NCBI RefSeq assembly: GCF_003334815.1
Contig: NZ_QOWO01000009.1
DNA length: 64,000 bases
DNA from: Escherichia coli
Lineage (GTDB): Bacteria; Pseudomonadota; Gammaproteobacteria; Enterobacterales; Enterobacteriaceae
Direction: 5' to 3' (one strand)
The notes below the pieces were generated by a model that saw only the letters and a list, made by a program, of their open reading frames with translations, ran no database searches and was not told where the DNA came from. Positions 1-10,072 of the stretch are shown piece after piece. How positions within the stretch are numbered: position 1 is the stretch's first letter; each line of letters opens with the position of its first letter. Position numbers and translations under genes: made by a program.

Positions 1-62
1 TTTTTCGTCTTGCGACGTTAAGAATCCGTATCTTCGAGTGCCCACACAGATTGTCTGATAAA

Positions 63-75
63 TTGTTAAAGAGCA
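63..75 (-). promoter_or_regulatory. boxA-like antitermination motif in an rRNA operon leader (transcript runs leftward out of the window)
   Basis: Minus strand reads TGCTCTTTAACAA, the boxA motif of E. coli rrn leaders; it lies downstream of the tandem promoters at 116-254. By gene order the operon should be rrnH. Confidence 0.7.
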
Positions 76-115
76 GTTGCGACGCGGCTTTCAGCTCACT
101 GTCGCGAGGTGGCGT

Positions 116-254
116 ATATTACGCTTTCCTCTTTCAGAGTCAACCCTGAATTTCAGGATTTTTCTCTTCAACCGAACCGGCTGTTTGTGTGAAGTGATTC
201 ACATCCGCCGTGTCGATGGAGGCGCATTATAGGGAGTCGGCTCAGGAAGACAAG
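116..254 (-). promoter_or_regulatory. Tandem rRNA operon promoters P1 and P2 (probably rrnH)
   Basis: Minus strand shows P1 -35 CTTGTC (249-254) and -10 TATAAT (226-231), with an A/T-rich UP-like tract at 255-280, and P2 -35 TTGACT (138-143) and -10 TAATAT (116-121) with a 16 bp spacer. The layout matches what I recall of rrn P1/P2 regions. Confidence 0.7.
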
Positions 255-293
255 CGGAAAAATGCATTTTTATTTCAACCGCTCATCTTTTAA

Positions 294-869
294 TCATTGT
301 GCCGGTTTTTGCTGCTTTTTTATCGCTTGCGGCAGGTCTGCCAGGCTATTTAACACCCAATCCGCCGCGTTTTCTGCTTCAGGCGTAATAGGTTTACCCG
401 TACGCACCAGCACTTTTGTTCCCACGTTCGCCGCAACCGCTGCCTGCATATCTTCTAATTTATCGCCCACCATATAAGAAGCGGCCATATCAATATGCAA
501 ATAATCGCGTGCTGACAAAAGCATCCCCGGATGTGGTTTGCGGCAATCGCAGACCTGGCGAAACTCTTCAACACTACCCTGCGGATGATGCGGGCAATAA
601 TAGATACCATCCAGATCGACATCTCGGTCCGCCAGCGACCAGTCCATCCACTCGGTCAGCGTTTCAAACTGTGCTTCGGTAAATTTACCGCGAGCAATGC
701 CAGACTGGTTGGTTACTACCACCAGCGCAAAGCCCATTTTTTTTAGCTCGCGCATGGCGTCAATAACACCGTCGATAAATTCAAAGTTGTCGATCTCATG
801 GACATAGCCGTGATCGACATTAATGGTGCCATCACGGTCAAGAAAAATTGCGGGTACGCTCTTCGCCAC
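294..869 (-). CDS. gmhB: D-glycero-beta-D-manno-heptose 1,7-bisphosphate 7-phosphatase (HAD family)
   Basis: 191 aa ORF; N-terminus [19 protein letters not shown] carries the HAD DxDGT motif; sits next to metN and the rrn promoter as in K-12. Confidence 0.95.
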
Positions 870-958
870 CTTTTATAGCTCCTTAATAAGGCATGTGACG
901 CTAGTATCGCATGTTTCGACCTGCAAGAAAGTGCTCTTCGCATAAACCTGATTGATTT

Positions 959-990
959 AGACGTCTGGATGCCTTAACATCCATTTCATT
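959..990 (+). promoter_or_regulatory. MetJ operator (tandem 8 bp met boxes) upstream of metN
   Basis: AGACGTCT GGATGCCT TAACATCC ATTTCATT: the first octamer is a perfect met box (AGACGTCT) and the next are degenerate tandem copies, about 70-100 bp upstream of the metN start. Confidence 0.6.
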
Positions 991-1056
991 GACGGCGTTG
1001 CCCGTTTCAGGCATTCGAGATGCCACGACTAACTTAATGACGATAATAAATAATCA

Positions 1057-2088
1057 ATGATAAAACTTTCGAATATCACCAAAGTGTTCCACCAGGGCAC
1101 CCGCACCATCCAGGCGTTGAACAACGTCAGCCTGCATGTGCCAGCTGGACAAATTTATGGCGTTATCGGTGCCTCAGGCGCGGGTAAGAGTACGCTTATA
1201 CGTTGTGTAAACCTGCTGGAGCGCCCAACCGAGGGTAGCGTGCTGGTCGATGGCCAGGAACTGACCACGCTGTCAGAATCCGAGTTGACCAAAGCTCGCC
1301 GCCAGATTGGTATGATTTTCCAGCATTTTAACCTGCTCTCTTCGCGTACTGTTTTTGGCAACGTGGCTCTGCCGCTGGAGCTGGACAACACACCGAAAGA
1401 CGAGGTCAAACGTCGCGTGACGGAATTGCTGTCATTGGTTGGTCTTGGCGATAAGCATGATAGCTACCCGTCGAATCTTTCCGGTGGGCAGAAACAACGT
1501 GTGGCAATTGCCCGTGCGTTAGCCAGCAATCCCAAAGTATTGCTGTGTGATGAAGCCACCAGCGCGCTGGACCCGGCAACGACACGTTCTATTCTCGAAC
1601 TGCTGAAAGACATCAACCGCCGTCTGGGGTTGACGATTCTGTTGATCACCCACGAAATGGACGTTGTGAAGCGCATTTGTGATTGCGTGGCGGTCATCAG
1701 CAATGGAGAACTGATCGAGCAGGACACGGTAAGTGAAGTGTTCTCGCATCCGAAAACGCCGCTGGCGCAGAAGTTTATTCAGTCGACCCTGCATCTGGAT
1801 ATCCCGGAAGATTACCAGGAACGTCTGCAAGCGGAGCCATTTACTGACTGCGTGCCGATGCTGCGTCTGGAGTTTACCGGTCAATCGGTCGATGCCCCAC
1901 TGCTTTCTGAAACCGCGCGTCGTTTCAACGTCAACAACAACATTATTAGCGCGCAGATGGATTACGCCGGTGGCGTTAAGTTCGGCATCATGCTGACTGA
2001 AATGCACGGCACACAACAAGATACGCAAGCCGCCATTGCCTGGCTGCAGGAACACCATGTAAAAGTAGAGGTACTGGGTTATGTCTGA
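1057..2088 (+). CDS. metN: D-methionine ABC transporter, ATP-binding subunit
   Basis: 343 aa; Walker [13 protein letters not shown] signature LSGGQKQRV; followed by permease and lipoprotein genes. Confidence 0.95.
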   Translation: MIKLSNITKVFHQGTRTIQALNNVSLHVPAGQIYGVIGASGAGKSTLIRCVNLLERPTEGSVLVDGQELTTLSESELTKARRQIGMIFQHFNLLSSRTVFGNVALPLELDNTPKDEVKRRVTELLSLVGLGDKHDSYPSNLSGGQKQRVAIARALASNPKVLLCDEATSALDPATTRSILELLKDINRRLGLTILLITHEMDVVKRICDCVAVISNGELIEQDTVSEVFSHPKTPLAQKFIQSTLHLDIPEDYQERLQAEPFTDCVPMLRLEFTGQSVDAPLLSETARRFNVNNNIISAQMDYAGGVKFGIMLTEMHGTQQDTQAAIAWLQEHHVKVEVLGYV

Positions 2089-2734
2089 GCCGATGATGTG
2101 GCTGCTGGTTCGTGGCGTATGGGAAACGCTGGCAATGACCTTCGTATCCGGTTTTTTTGGCTTTGTGATTGGTCTGCCGGTTGGCGTTCTGCTTTATGTC
2201 ACGCGTCCGGGGCAAATTATTGCTAACGCGAAGCTGTATCGTACCGTTTCTGCGATTGTGAACATTTTCCGTTCCATCCCGTTCATTATCTTGCTTGTAT
2301 GGATGATTCCGTTTACCCGCGTTATTGTCGGTACATCGATTGGTTTGCAGGCAGCGATTGTTCCGTTAACCGTTGGTGCAGCACCGTTTATTGCCCGTAT
2401 GGTCGAGAACGCTCTGCTGGAGATCCCAACCGGGTTAATTGAAGCTTCCCGCGCAATGGGTGCCACGCCGATGCAGATCGTCCGTAAGGTGCTGTTACCG
2501 GAAGCGCTGCCGGGTCTGGTGAATGCGGCAACTATCACCCTGATTACCCTGGTCGGTTATTCCGCGATGGGTGGTGCAGTCGGTGCCGGTGGTTTAGGTC
2601 AGATTGGCTATCAGTATGGCTACATCGGCTATAACGCGACGGTGATGAATACGGTACTGGTATTGCTGGTCATTCTGGTTTATTTAATTCAGTTCGCAGG
2701 CGACCGCATCGTCCGGGCTGTCACTCGCAAGTAA
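2081..2734 (+). CDS. metI: D-methionine ABC transporter, permease subunit
   Basis: 217 aa hydrophobic ORF overlapping the metN stop by 8 nt. Confidence 0.95.
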   Translation: MSEPMMWLLVRGVWETLAMTFVSGFFGFVIGLPVGVLLYVTRPGQIIANAKLYRTVSAIVNIFRSIPFIILLVWMIPFTRVIVGTSIGLQAAIVPLTVGAAPFIARMVENALLEIPTGLIEASRAMGATPMQIVRKVLLPEALPGLVNAATITLITLVGYSAMGGAVGAGGLGQIGYQYGYIGYNATVMNTVLVLLVILVYLIQFAGDRIVRAVTRK

Positions 2735-2773
2735 CGTTCAACACAACATAAATAATTGAAGAAGGAATAAGGT

Positions 2774-3589
2774 ATGGCGTTCAAATTCAAAACCTTTGCG
2801 GCAGTGGGAGCCCTGATCGGATCACTGGCACTGGTAGGCTGCGGTCAGGATGAAAAAGATCCAAACCACATTAAAGTCGGCGTGATTGTTGGTGCCGAAC
2901 AGCAGGTTGCAGAAGTCGCGCAGAAAGTTGCGAAAGACAAATATGGCCTGGACGTTGAGCTGGTAACCTTCAACGACTATGTTCTGCCAAACGAAGCATT
3001 GAGCAAAGGCGATATCGACGCCAACGCCTTCCAGCATAAACCGTACCTTGATCAGCAACTGAAAGATCGTGGCTACAAACTGGTCGCAGTAGGCAACACT
3101 TTTGTTTATCCGATTGCTGGTTACTCCAAGAAAATCAAATCACTGGATGAACTGCAGGATGGTTCGCAGGTTGCCGTGCCAAACGACCCAACTAACCTTG
3201 GTCGTTCACTGCTGCTGCTGCAAAAAGTGGGCTTGATCAAACTGAAAGATGGCGTTGGCCTGCTGCCGACCGTTCTTGATGTTGTTGAGAACCCCAAAAA
3301 TCTGAAAATTGTTGAACTGGAAGCACCGCAACTGCCGCGTTCTCTGGACGACGCGCAAATCGCTCTGGCAGTTATCAATACCACCTATGCCAGCCAGATT
3401 GGCCTGACTCCGGCGAAAGACGGTATCTTTGTTGAAGATAAAGAGTCCCCGTACGTAAACCTGATCGTGACGCGTGAAGATAACAAAGACGCCGAGAACG
3501 TGAAGAAATTCGTCCAGGCTTATCAGTCTGACGAAGTTTACGAAGCAGCAAACAAAGTGTTTAACGGCGGAGCTGTTAAAGGCTGGTAA
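2774..3589 (+). CDS. metQ: D-methionine-binding lipoprotein
   Basis: 271 aa; signal peptide with lipobox LVGC; third gene of the metNIQ operon. Confidence 0.95.
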   Translation: MAFKFKTFAAVGALIGSLALVGCGQDEKDPNHIKVGVIVGAEQQVAEVAQKVAKDKYGLDVELVTFNDYVLPNEALSKGDIDANAFQHKPYLDQQLKDRGYKLVAVGNTFVYPIAGYSKKIKSLDELQDGSQVAVPNDPTNLGRSLLLLQKVGLIKLKDGVGLLPTVLDVVENPKNLKIVELEAPQLPRSLDDAQIALAVINTTYASQIGLTPAKDGIFVEDKESPYVNLIVTREDNKDAENVKKFVQAYQSDEVYEAANKVFNGGAVKGW

Positions 3590-3626
3590 TTTTTAGGCTG
3601 TTTCCACAATTTGTAATATCATTCAG

Positions 3627-3655
3627 GACGGGCGCTTGCCCGTCTTGTCATTTTT
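3627..3655 (+). terminator. Intrinsic terminator downstream of metQ
   Basis: GC hairpin GACGGGC-GCTT-GCCCGTC followed by TTGTCATTTTT. Confidence 0.6.
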
Positions 3656-3706
3656 ACAAGCTCCTGATTCAATATTGACGTTTTGATCATACATTGAGGA
3701 AATACT

Positions 3707-4111
3707 ATGCGTGCTTTACCGATCTGTTTAGTAGCACTCATGCTAAGCGGCTGTTCCATGTTAAGCAGATCCCCTGTCGAACCCGTTCAAAGCACTGCAC
3801 CCCAGCCGAAAGCGGAGCCTGCAAAACCGAAAGCGCCGCGCGCCACGCCGGTCCGAATTTATACCAATGCAGAAGAATTAGTCGGCAAACCGTTCCGCGA
3901 TCTCGGTGAAGTCAGTGGCGACTCTTGCCAGGCCTCTAATCAGGACTCTCCGCCGAGCATTCCAACCGCACGTAAGCGGATGCAAATCAACGCCTCTAAA
4001 ATGAAAGCCAATGCTGTATTACTGCATAGCTGCGAAGTCACCAGCGGTACGCCAGGCTGCTATCGTCAGGCTGTATGTATCGGTTCTGCGCTTAACATTA
4101 CGGCGAAATGA
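3707..4111 (+). CDS. rcsF: Outer-membrane lipoprotein sensor of the Rcs phosphorelay
   Basis: 134 aa; lipobox LSGC, proline/lysine-rich linker, C-terminal cysteines; stop overlaps the tsaA start by 4 nt. Confidence 0.95.
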   Translation: MRALPICLVALMLSGCSMLSRSPVEPVQSTAPQPKAEPAKPKAPRATPVRIYTNAEELVGKPFRDLGEVSGDSCQASNQDSPPSIPTARKRMQINASKMKANAVLLHSCEVTSGTPGCYRQAVCIGSALNITAK

Positions 4112-4815
4112 GCAGTTTCCAGTTCGAGCAAATAGGCGTTATTCGCTCGCCCTATAAAGAAAAGTTCGCCGTTCCGCGCCAGCCAGGTCTGGTAAAAAGC
4201 GCCAACGGCGAACTGCATCTCATTGCTCCCTACAACCAGGCCGACGCCGTTCGCGGCCTGGAAGCGTTCAGCCATTTATGGATCCTTTTCGTCTTTCATC
4301 AAACGATGGAAGGCGGCTGGCGTCCGACTGTGCGTCCACCGCGCCTCGGCGGTAACGCCAGAATGGGGGTTTTCGCAACACGCTCTACTTTCCGCCCTAA
4401 CCCAATTGGCATGTCGCTGGTAGAGCTGAAAGAGGTTGTTTGCCATAAAGACAGCGTGATTCTGAAGCTCGGCAGTCTGGATCTGGTCGATGGTACGCCG
4501 GTAGTGGATATCAAACCGTATCTCCCCTTTGCCGAATCGCTTCCCGATGCCAGTGCCAGCTATGCGCAAAGTGCGCCAGCTGCAGAGATGGCGGTGAGTT
4601 TTACCGCAGAGGTCGAAAAGCAGCTTTTGACGCTGGAGAAGCGTTATCCGCAGTTAACGCTGTTTATCCGCGAAGTACTGGCGCAGGACCCGCGCCCGGC
4701 CTATCGTAAAGGTGAGGAAACGGGCAAAACCTATGCCGTCTGGCTACATGATTTTAACGTTCGCTGGCGCGTCACCGACGCAGGTTTTGAAGTCTTTGCG
4801 CTGGAACCGCGTTAA
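4108..4815 (+). CDS. tsaA: tRNA (adenine37-N6)-methyltransferase, YaeB/TsaA family
   Basis: 235 aa; N-terminus MSSFQFEQIGVIRSPYKEKFAVPRQ; position matches yaeB in K-12. Confidence 0.9.
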   Translation: MSSFQFEQIGVIRSPYKEKFAVPRQPGLVKSANGELHLIAPYNQADAVRGLEAFSHLWILFVFHQTMEGGWRPTVRPPRLGGNARMGVFATRSTFRPNPIGMSLVELKEVVCHKDSVILKLGSLDLVDGTPVVDIKPYLPFAESLPDASASYAQSAPAAEMAVSFTAEVEKQLLTLEKRYPQLTLFIREVLAQDPRPAYRKGEETGKTYAVWLHDFNVRWRVTDAGFEVFALEPR

Positions 4816-4926
4816 ATTCACGCCCTTCTCTTTTGACATTTCTTTTGCACTGGTAAACTAAATCACTTTTTTTTGTCCCAGGCTCGCCTTGAGCCTGTTC
4901 TACCTTCCAACTGGAACCGTAACAAC

Positions 4927-6645
4927 ATGCGTACTAGCCAATACCTGCTCTCCACTCTCAAGGAGACACCTGCCGACGCCGAGGTGATCAGCCATCAGCT
5001 GATGCTGCGCGCCGGGATGATCCGCAAGCTGGCCTCCGGGTTATATACCTGGCTGCCGACCGGCGTGCGCGTTCTGAAAAAAGTCGAAAACATCGTGCGT
5101 GAAGAGATGAACAACGCCGGTGCGATCGAGGTGTCGATGCCGGTGGTTCAGCCAGCCGATTTGTGGCAAGAGAGTGGTCGTTGGGAACAGTACGGTCCGG
5201 AACTGCTGCGTTTTGTTGACCGTGGCGAGCGTCCGTTCGTACTCGGCCCAACTCATGAAGAAGTTATCACTGACCTGATTCGTAACGAGCTTAGCTCTTA
5301 CAAACAGCTGCCGCTGAACTTCTATCAGATCCAGACCAAGTTCCGCGACGAAGTGCGTCCGCGTTTCGGCGTCATGCGTTCCCGCGAATTCCTGATGAAA
5401 GATGCTTACTCTTTCCATACTTCTCAGGAATCCCTGCAGGAAACCTACGATGCAATGTATGCGGCCTACAGCAAAATCTTCAGCCGCATGGGGCTGGATT
5501 TCCGCGCCGTACAAGCCGACACCGGTTCTATCGGCGGCAGCGCCTCTCACGAATTCCAGGTGCTGGCGCAGAGCGGTGAAGACGATGTGGTCTTCTCCGA
5601 CACCTCTGACTATGCAGCGAACATTGAACTGGCAGAAGCTATCGCGCCGAAAGAACCGCGCGCTGCTGCTACCCAGGAAATGACGCTGGTTGATACGCCG
5701 AACGCGAAAACCATCGCGGAACTGGTTGAACAGTTCAATCTGCCGATTGAGAAAACGGTTAAGACTCTGCTGGTTAAAGCGGTTGAAGGCAGCAGCTTCC
5801 CGCTGGTTGCGCTGCTGGTGCGCGGTGATCACGAGCTGAACGAAGTTAAAGCAGAAAAACTGCCGCAGGTTGCAAGCCCGCTGACTTTCGCGACCGAAGA
5901 AGAAATTCGTGCCGTGGTTAAAGCCGGTCCGGGTTCACTGGGTCCGGTAAACATGCCGATTCCGGTGGTGATTGACCGTACCGTTGCGGCGATGAGTGAT
6001 TTCGCTGCTGGTGCTAACATCGATGGTAAACACTACTTCGGCATCAACTGGGATCGCGATGTCGCTACCCCGGAAGTTGCAGATATCCGTAACGTGGTGG
6101 CTGGCGATCCAAGCCCGGATGGCCAGGGTACGCTGCTGATCAAACGTGGTATCGAAGTTGGTCACATCTTCCAGCTGGGTACCAAGTACTCCGAAGCACT
6201 GAAAGCCTCCGTACAGGGTGAAGATGGCCGTAACCAAATCCTGACGATGGGTTGCTACGGTATCGGGGTAACGCGTGTGGTAGCTGCGGCGATTGAGCAG
6301 AACTACGACGAACGAGGCATCGTATGGCCTGACGCTATCGCGCCGTTCCAGGTGGCGATTCTGCCGATGAACATGCACAAATCCTTCCGCGTACAAGAGC
6401 TTGCTGAGAAACTGTACAGCGAACTGCGTGCACAAGGTATCGAAGTGCTGCTGGATGACCGCAAAGAGCGTCCGGGCGTGATGTTTGCTGATATGGAACT
6501 GATCGGTATTCCGCACACTATTGTGCTGGGCGACCGTAACCTCGACAACGACGATATCGAATATAAATATCGTCGCAACGGCGAGAAACAGTTAATTAAG
6601 ACTGGTGACATCGTCGAATATCTGGTGAAACAGATTAAAGGCTGA
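4927..6645 (+). CDS. proS: Prolyl-tRNA synthetase
   Basis: The track ORF (4873-6645) is N-terminally extended; the start is taken at the ATG giving [20 protein letters not shown] (572 aa), a class II aaRS with an editing-domain insertion. Confidence 0.95.
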
Positions 6646-6653
6646 TGCCAGAA

Positions 6654-6682
6654 AGGGTCCTGAATTTCAGGGCCCTTTTTTT
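6654..6682 (+). terminator. Intrinsic terminator downstream of proS
   Basis: Hairpin GGGTCCTGAA-TT-TCAGGGCCC followed by TTTTTTT. Confidence 0.6.
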
Positions 6683-6698
6683 ACATGGATTGTATAAA

Positions 6699-7523
6699 AT
6701 GGATAAACCAAAGGCGTACTGCCGCCTGTTTCTCCCCAGCTTTCTTTTACTTTCGGCTTGTACCGTTGATATCAGCCAGCCAGACCCATCAGCCACAGCA
6801 GTAGATGCCGAGGCAAAAACATGGGCTGTCAAATTCCAGCATCAAAGCTCTTTCACCGAACAATCAATAAAAGAAATAACGGCACCTGATCTCAAACCCG
6901 GCGATTTGCTGTTCTCCTCAAGCCTTGGGGTAACCTCATTTGGAATCCGCGTCTTCAGCACTTCCTCTGTGAGTCACGTTGCAATCTTTCTGGGTGATAA
7001 TAACGTTGCAGAAGCGACAGGCGCTGGCGTCCAGATCGTTTCCCTTAAAAAAGCGATGAAGCATAGTGATAAGCTTTTCGTCTTACGAGTCCCGGATCTT
7101 ACCCCGCAACAAGCCACAGATATCACCGCGTTTGCCAATAAAATCAAAGATAGCGGTTATAACTATCGCGGCATTGTCGAATTTATTCCCTTTATGGTGA
7201 CTCGCCAGATGTGCTCACTGAATCCGTTCTCCGAGGATTTTCGCCAACAGTGCGTCAGCGGCCTGGCGAAAGCGCAGTTAAGCAGTGTGGGCGAAGGAGA
7301 CAAAAAGTCGTGGTTTTGTTCGGAATTTGTCACGGATGCCTTTGCCAAAGCCGGGCATCCACTTACACTGGCGCAATCGGGCTGGATTAGCCCTGCCGAT
7401 CTGATGCATATGCGTATTGGTGATGTCTCTGCGTTTAAGCCAGAAACGCAGTTACAGTATGTTGGGCACCTGAAGCCTGGGATTTATATCAAGGCGGGTC
7501 GCTTTGTTGGTTTGACCCGGTGA
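6699..7523 (+). CDS. yaeF: Putative NlpC/P60-like lipoprotein peptidase
   Basis: Track ORF 6645-7523 is over-extended; the ATG at 6699 gives MDKPKAYCRLFLPSFLLLSACT with lipobox LSAC (274 aa). Confidence 0.85.
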   Translation: MDKPKAYCRLFLPSFLLLSACTVDISQPDPSATAVDAEAKTWAVKFQHQSSFTEQSIKEITAPDLKPGDLLFSSSLGVTSFGIRVFSTSSVSHVAIFLGDNNVAEATGAGVQIVSLKKAMKHSDKLFVLRVPDLTPQQATDITAFANKIKDSGYNYRGIVEFIPFMVTRQMCSLNPFSEDFRQQCVSGLAKAQLSSVGEGDKKSWFCSEFVTDAFAKAGHPLTLAQSGWISPADLMHMRIGDVSAFKPETQLQYVGHLKPGIYIKAGRFVGLTR

Positions 7524-7530
7524 TAAAGTA

Positions 7531-7647
<117 letters not shown>

Positions 7648-7722
7648 AAAAAACGTGCAAATTCAAAATGTTGAAATATATCCTTCTGGCCTGTTTTGCG
7701 TTTGTTTCTGTCTCAAGACGGG

Positions 7723-8433
7723 TTACTGCCCCAAACTACTGCAATCCTGGTTGGGGTAAAATTTCCCTGCCGTATCGGGTGCCAATACTTTAGTCGGCGC
7801 ACCGGTATCCGGATTACCCTCAAGCGTAAAGTGACCTTCTACTGACAGTAACACCGGTTTTTCACTGTGACCGCGCGCAGCCAGGTAGCTACGCTCCAGC
7901 TCTGCGTTATTCGCTACCATGAAACGTTTTCCGGTCGCGCAATCAGTGAAGGTCGCCGCATCAGCCATATAAAAATACATGCCCCGCAGGGTCATCGGCG
8001 TCATAGGTAAACTGGATTGTGCCGCTTCCAGCGTATAGTTGAACTGCGATTCAATCGGATTGCCTTCACGATCGAGCATCTCCAGCGCATCGCCTTTCGC
8101 CCGATAATATGACTTTTCACCTTTGCTGTCGGTTAATACCAGCTTGTCAGCGGTTCGCGCCCATGTACCGTAGGAAGCGAAGGAGGAAGGTTCTTCACGA
8201 GCACCGAGATAACGCTCATTCATCACCCATGTTCCGTCTTTTTCGAGGAACAGAGAGGTTTCGATTCCTTCGCAATCGGCACACGGCAGCACGCCGCGCC
8301 AACTTTGCGGCATCGGTTTCAGTTCGGCAGCCTGCGCCGGAGAAAGCGTATCGACTTCGGCCCGATTATTACATCCCATCAGAGTAAAGAGGCTGATTAC
8401 AGCCATCGCTGTCACTATCGCTTTTTTCACCAT
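7723..8433 (-). CDS. nlpE: Envelope-stress lipoprotein NlpE (CutF), Cpx activator
   Basis: 236 aa; lipobox LMGC; CxxC motif (LPCADCEG). Confidence 0.93.
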   Translation of the reverse strand: MVKKAIVTAMAVISLFTLMGCNNRAEVDTLSPAQAAELKPMPQSWRGVLPCADCEGIETSLFLEKDGTWVMNERYLGAREEPSSFASYGTWARTADKLVLTDSKGEKSYYRAKGDALEMLDREGNPIESQFNYTLEAAQSSLPMTPMTLRGMYFYMADAATFTDCATGKRFMVANNAELERSYLAARGHSEKPVLLSVEGHFTLEGNPDTGAPTKVLAPDTAGKFYPNQDCSSLGQ

Positions 8434-8446
8434 CCATTCCTTCTTT

Positions 8447-8869
8447 TTATTCCCGACCGCTGCGCACTTTGCCGCGCATCGCCTTCACGCTTGATTTTTG
8501 TGCTTTCGATGCCAGCCTGCGCTCTTTCGATGCACGGGTGGGCCGCGTGGGTCGTCGGGCTTTTTTTTCTGTTGTTAATTCTTTAATCATAGCCACCAGC
8601 CGGGCCAGAGCTGCTTCGCGGTTCAGTTCCTGACTGCGGTATTCCTGTGCCTTAATGACAATCACGCCATCACTGCTGATCAAATGATGGCTGGCGGCGA
8701 GCAGACGCTCTTTGTAATACTCTGGCAGGCTGGACGCCCGAATGTCAAAACGCAGATGAATAGCCGTTGAGGTCTTATTAACATGCTGCCCGCCCGCGCC
8801 CTGCGCACGAATGGCGGTGATCTCAAGCTCACCATCGGGAATAGCAACATGTCGGGAAATCACAATCAT
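8447..8869 (-). CDS. arfB: Peptidyl-tRNA hydrolase ArfB (YaeJ), ribosome rescue factor
   Basis: 140 aa; GGQ motif ([10 protein letters not shown]) and a basic C-terminal tail. Confidence 0.93.
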
Positions 8870-9411
8870 GAAGGTTGTTGCCAGGCGGTTAAGTTCACTT
8901 CCAGATTATTCTTATCATCCGATAACCAGATCACGCCATCCTGAATCGTTGCCTGCAGCGTCATGGTACGATCGGCAAAGGCGCTTACTTTCGCCAGTTG
9001 TTCATCGTCCAGATACCAGACGGAAAGATTGGCAAACTGCACACATTTGCTCTGATTTTGCTGCCACCAGATTTGCGCCGCCCGACTATTATAGGTAAAC
9101 AGCGCCACTTCTGCGGCCTGGGTGCAGGCTTTCTTAATCCGCCGCTCATCCGGCAGCCCCAGCTCAATCCACAAATCAATGCCCAGGTGATCGTTACGCA
9201 GCCACGCTTCCGGCTCATCATCGGCACACAAACCACGGGTAAATTGCAGACGTTCATCAGCATATTTCAGCCACGCCAGCAAGCGCAGCATCATACGCTC
9301 CTGGGTTTCTGAAGGATGGCGCGCCAGCGTCAGAGAGGCATCGAGAAACTGGTTGCGGTCGAGATCGGCCACATTAACCGTCGCTTTATAAATTGTCGCT
9401 TTAAGCGCCAT
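8866..9411 (-). CDS. yaeQ: Conserved protein YaeQ, function unknown
   Basis: 181 aa ORF whose stop overlaps the arfB start by 4 nt; N-terminus [22 protein letters not shown]. Confidence 0.9.
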
Positions 9412-9576
9412 AAGAAAACTCCTTTCGAATCAGGAGGCCATTGTAACGGAATACGTGCAGTTGCGGCGCTGATATTGCAGAAATGAGTGTGGTATAGTCA
9501 CCTTGCGAAACAGAGTTTATCTTCGTAGGCTTAGACTTGCATCCACGGTTAAGTCAGAGTGCTGACAGGAGGGCAT

Positions 9577-9777
9577 GTGGAAAAATATTGTGAGTTAATA
9601 CGCAAGCGGTACGCGGAAATCGCCAGCGGAGACTTAGGATACGTTCCGGACGCGCTGGGCTGCGTTTTGAAAGTGCTGAATGAAATGGCTGCCGACGACG
9701 CCCTTTCTGAGGCTGTCAGGGAAAAAGCAGCATACGCTGCGGCAAACTTACTGGTGAGCGATTATGTCAATGAATGA
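9577..9777 (+). CDS. yaeP: Small conserved protein YaeP (UPF0253)
   Basis: 66 aa; GTG start 9577 preceded by AGGAGGG; the track ORF starts at an upstream GTG. Its stop overlaps the rof start. Confidence 0.85.
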
Positions 9778-10024
9778 TACGTATCAACCAATCAATTGTG
9801 ATGATTACGATAATCTTGAGCTCGCCTGCCAGCATCATTTAATGCTGACACTTGAGCTGAAAGATGGCGAAAAATTGCAGGCAAAAGCCAGTGATTTAGT
9901 CTCCCGCAAAAATGTGGAGTACCTGGTCGTCGAGGCCGCTGGCGAAACCCGCGAGCTGCGTCTGGATAAAATTACCAGCTTTAGCCACCCGGAAATCGGT
10001 ACGGTGGTGGTAAGCGAATCCTGA
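9770..10024 (+). CDS. rof: Rho-binding antiterminator Rof (YaeO)
   Basis: 84 aa from the ATG giving [21 protein letters not shown]; overlaps the yaeP 3' end by 8 nt. Confidence 0.9.
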
Positions 10025-10033
10025 TTGACTTTC

Positions 10034-10066
10034 GCCGGATGCGACGTTTGATGCGTCTTATCCGGC
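10034..10066. repeat. Single REP element between convergent rof and tilS
   Basis: GCCGGATGCGACGTTTGATGCGTCTTATCCGGC, an imperfect palindrome of REP type. Confidence 0.8.
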
Positions 10067-10072
10067 TTTCAC

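Noticed and set aside
262-477. 71 aa plus-strand ORF at the left end
   Set aside because: It overlaps the gmhB 3' end antisense and the rRNA promoter region, with a Cys/Phe-rich translation; shadow ORF.
4873-4926. Upstream ATG giving an 18-codon extension of proS
   Set aside because: The conserved ProS N-terminus (MRTSQYLL) starts at 4927; the extension is not homologous and lies in the promoter region.
5041-5832. 263 aa minus-strand ORF inside proS
   Set aside because: Antisense shadow of proS; Arg/Phe-rich translation.
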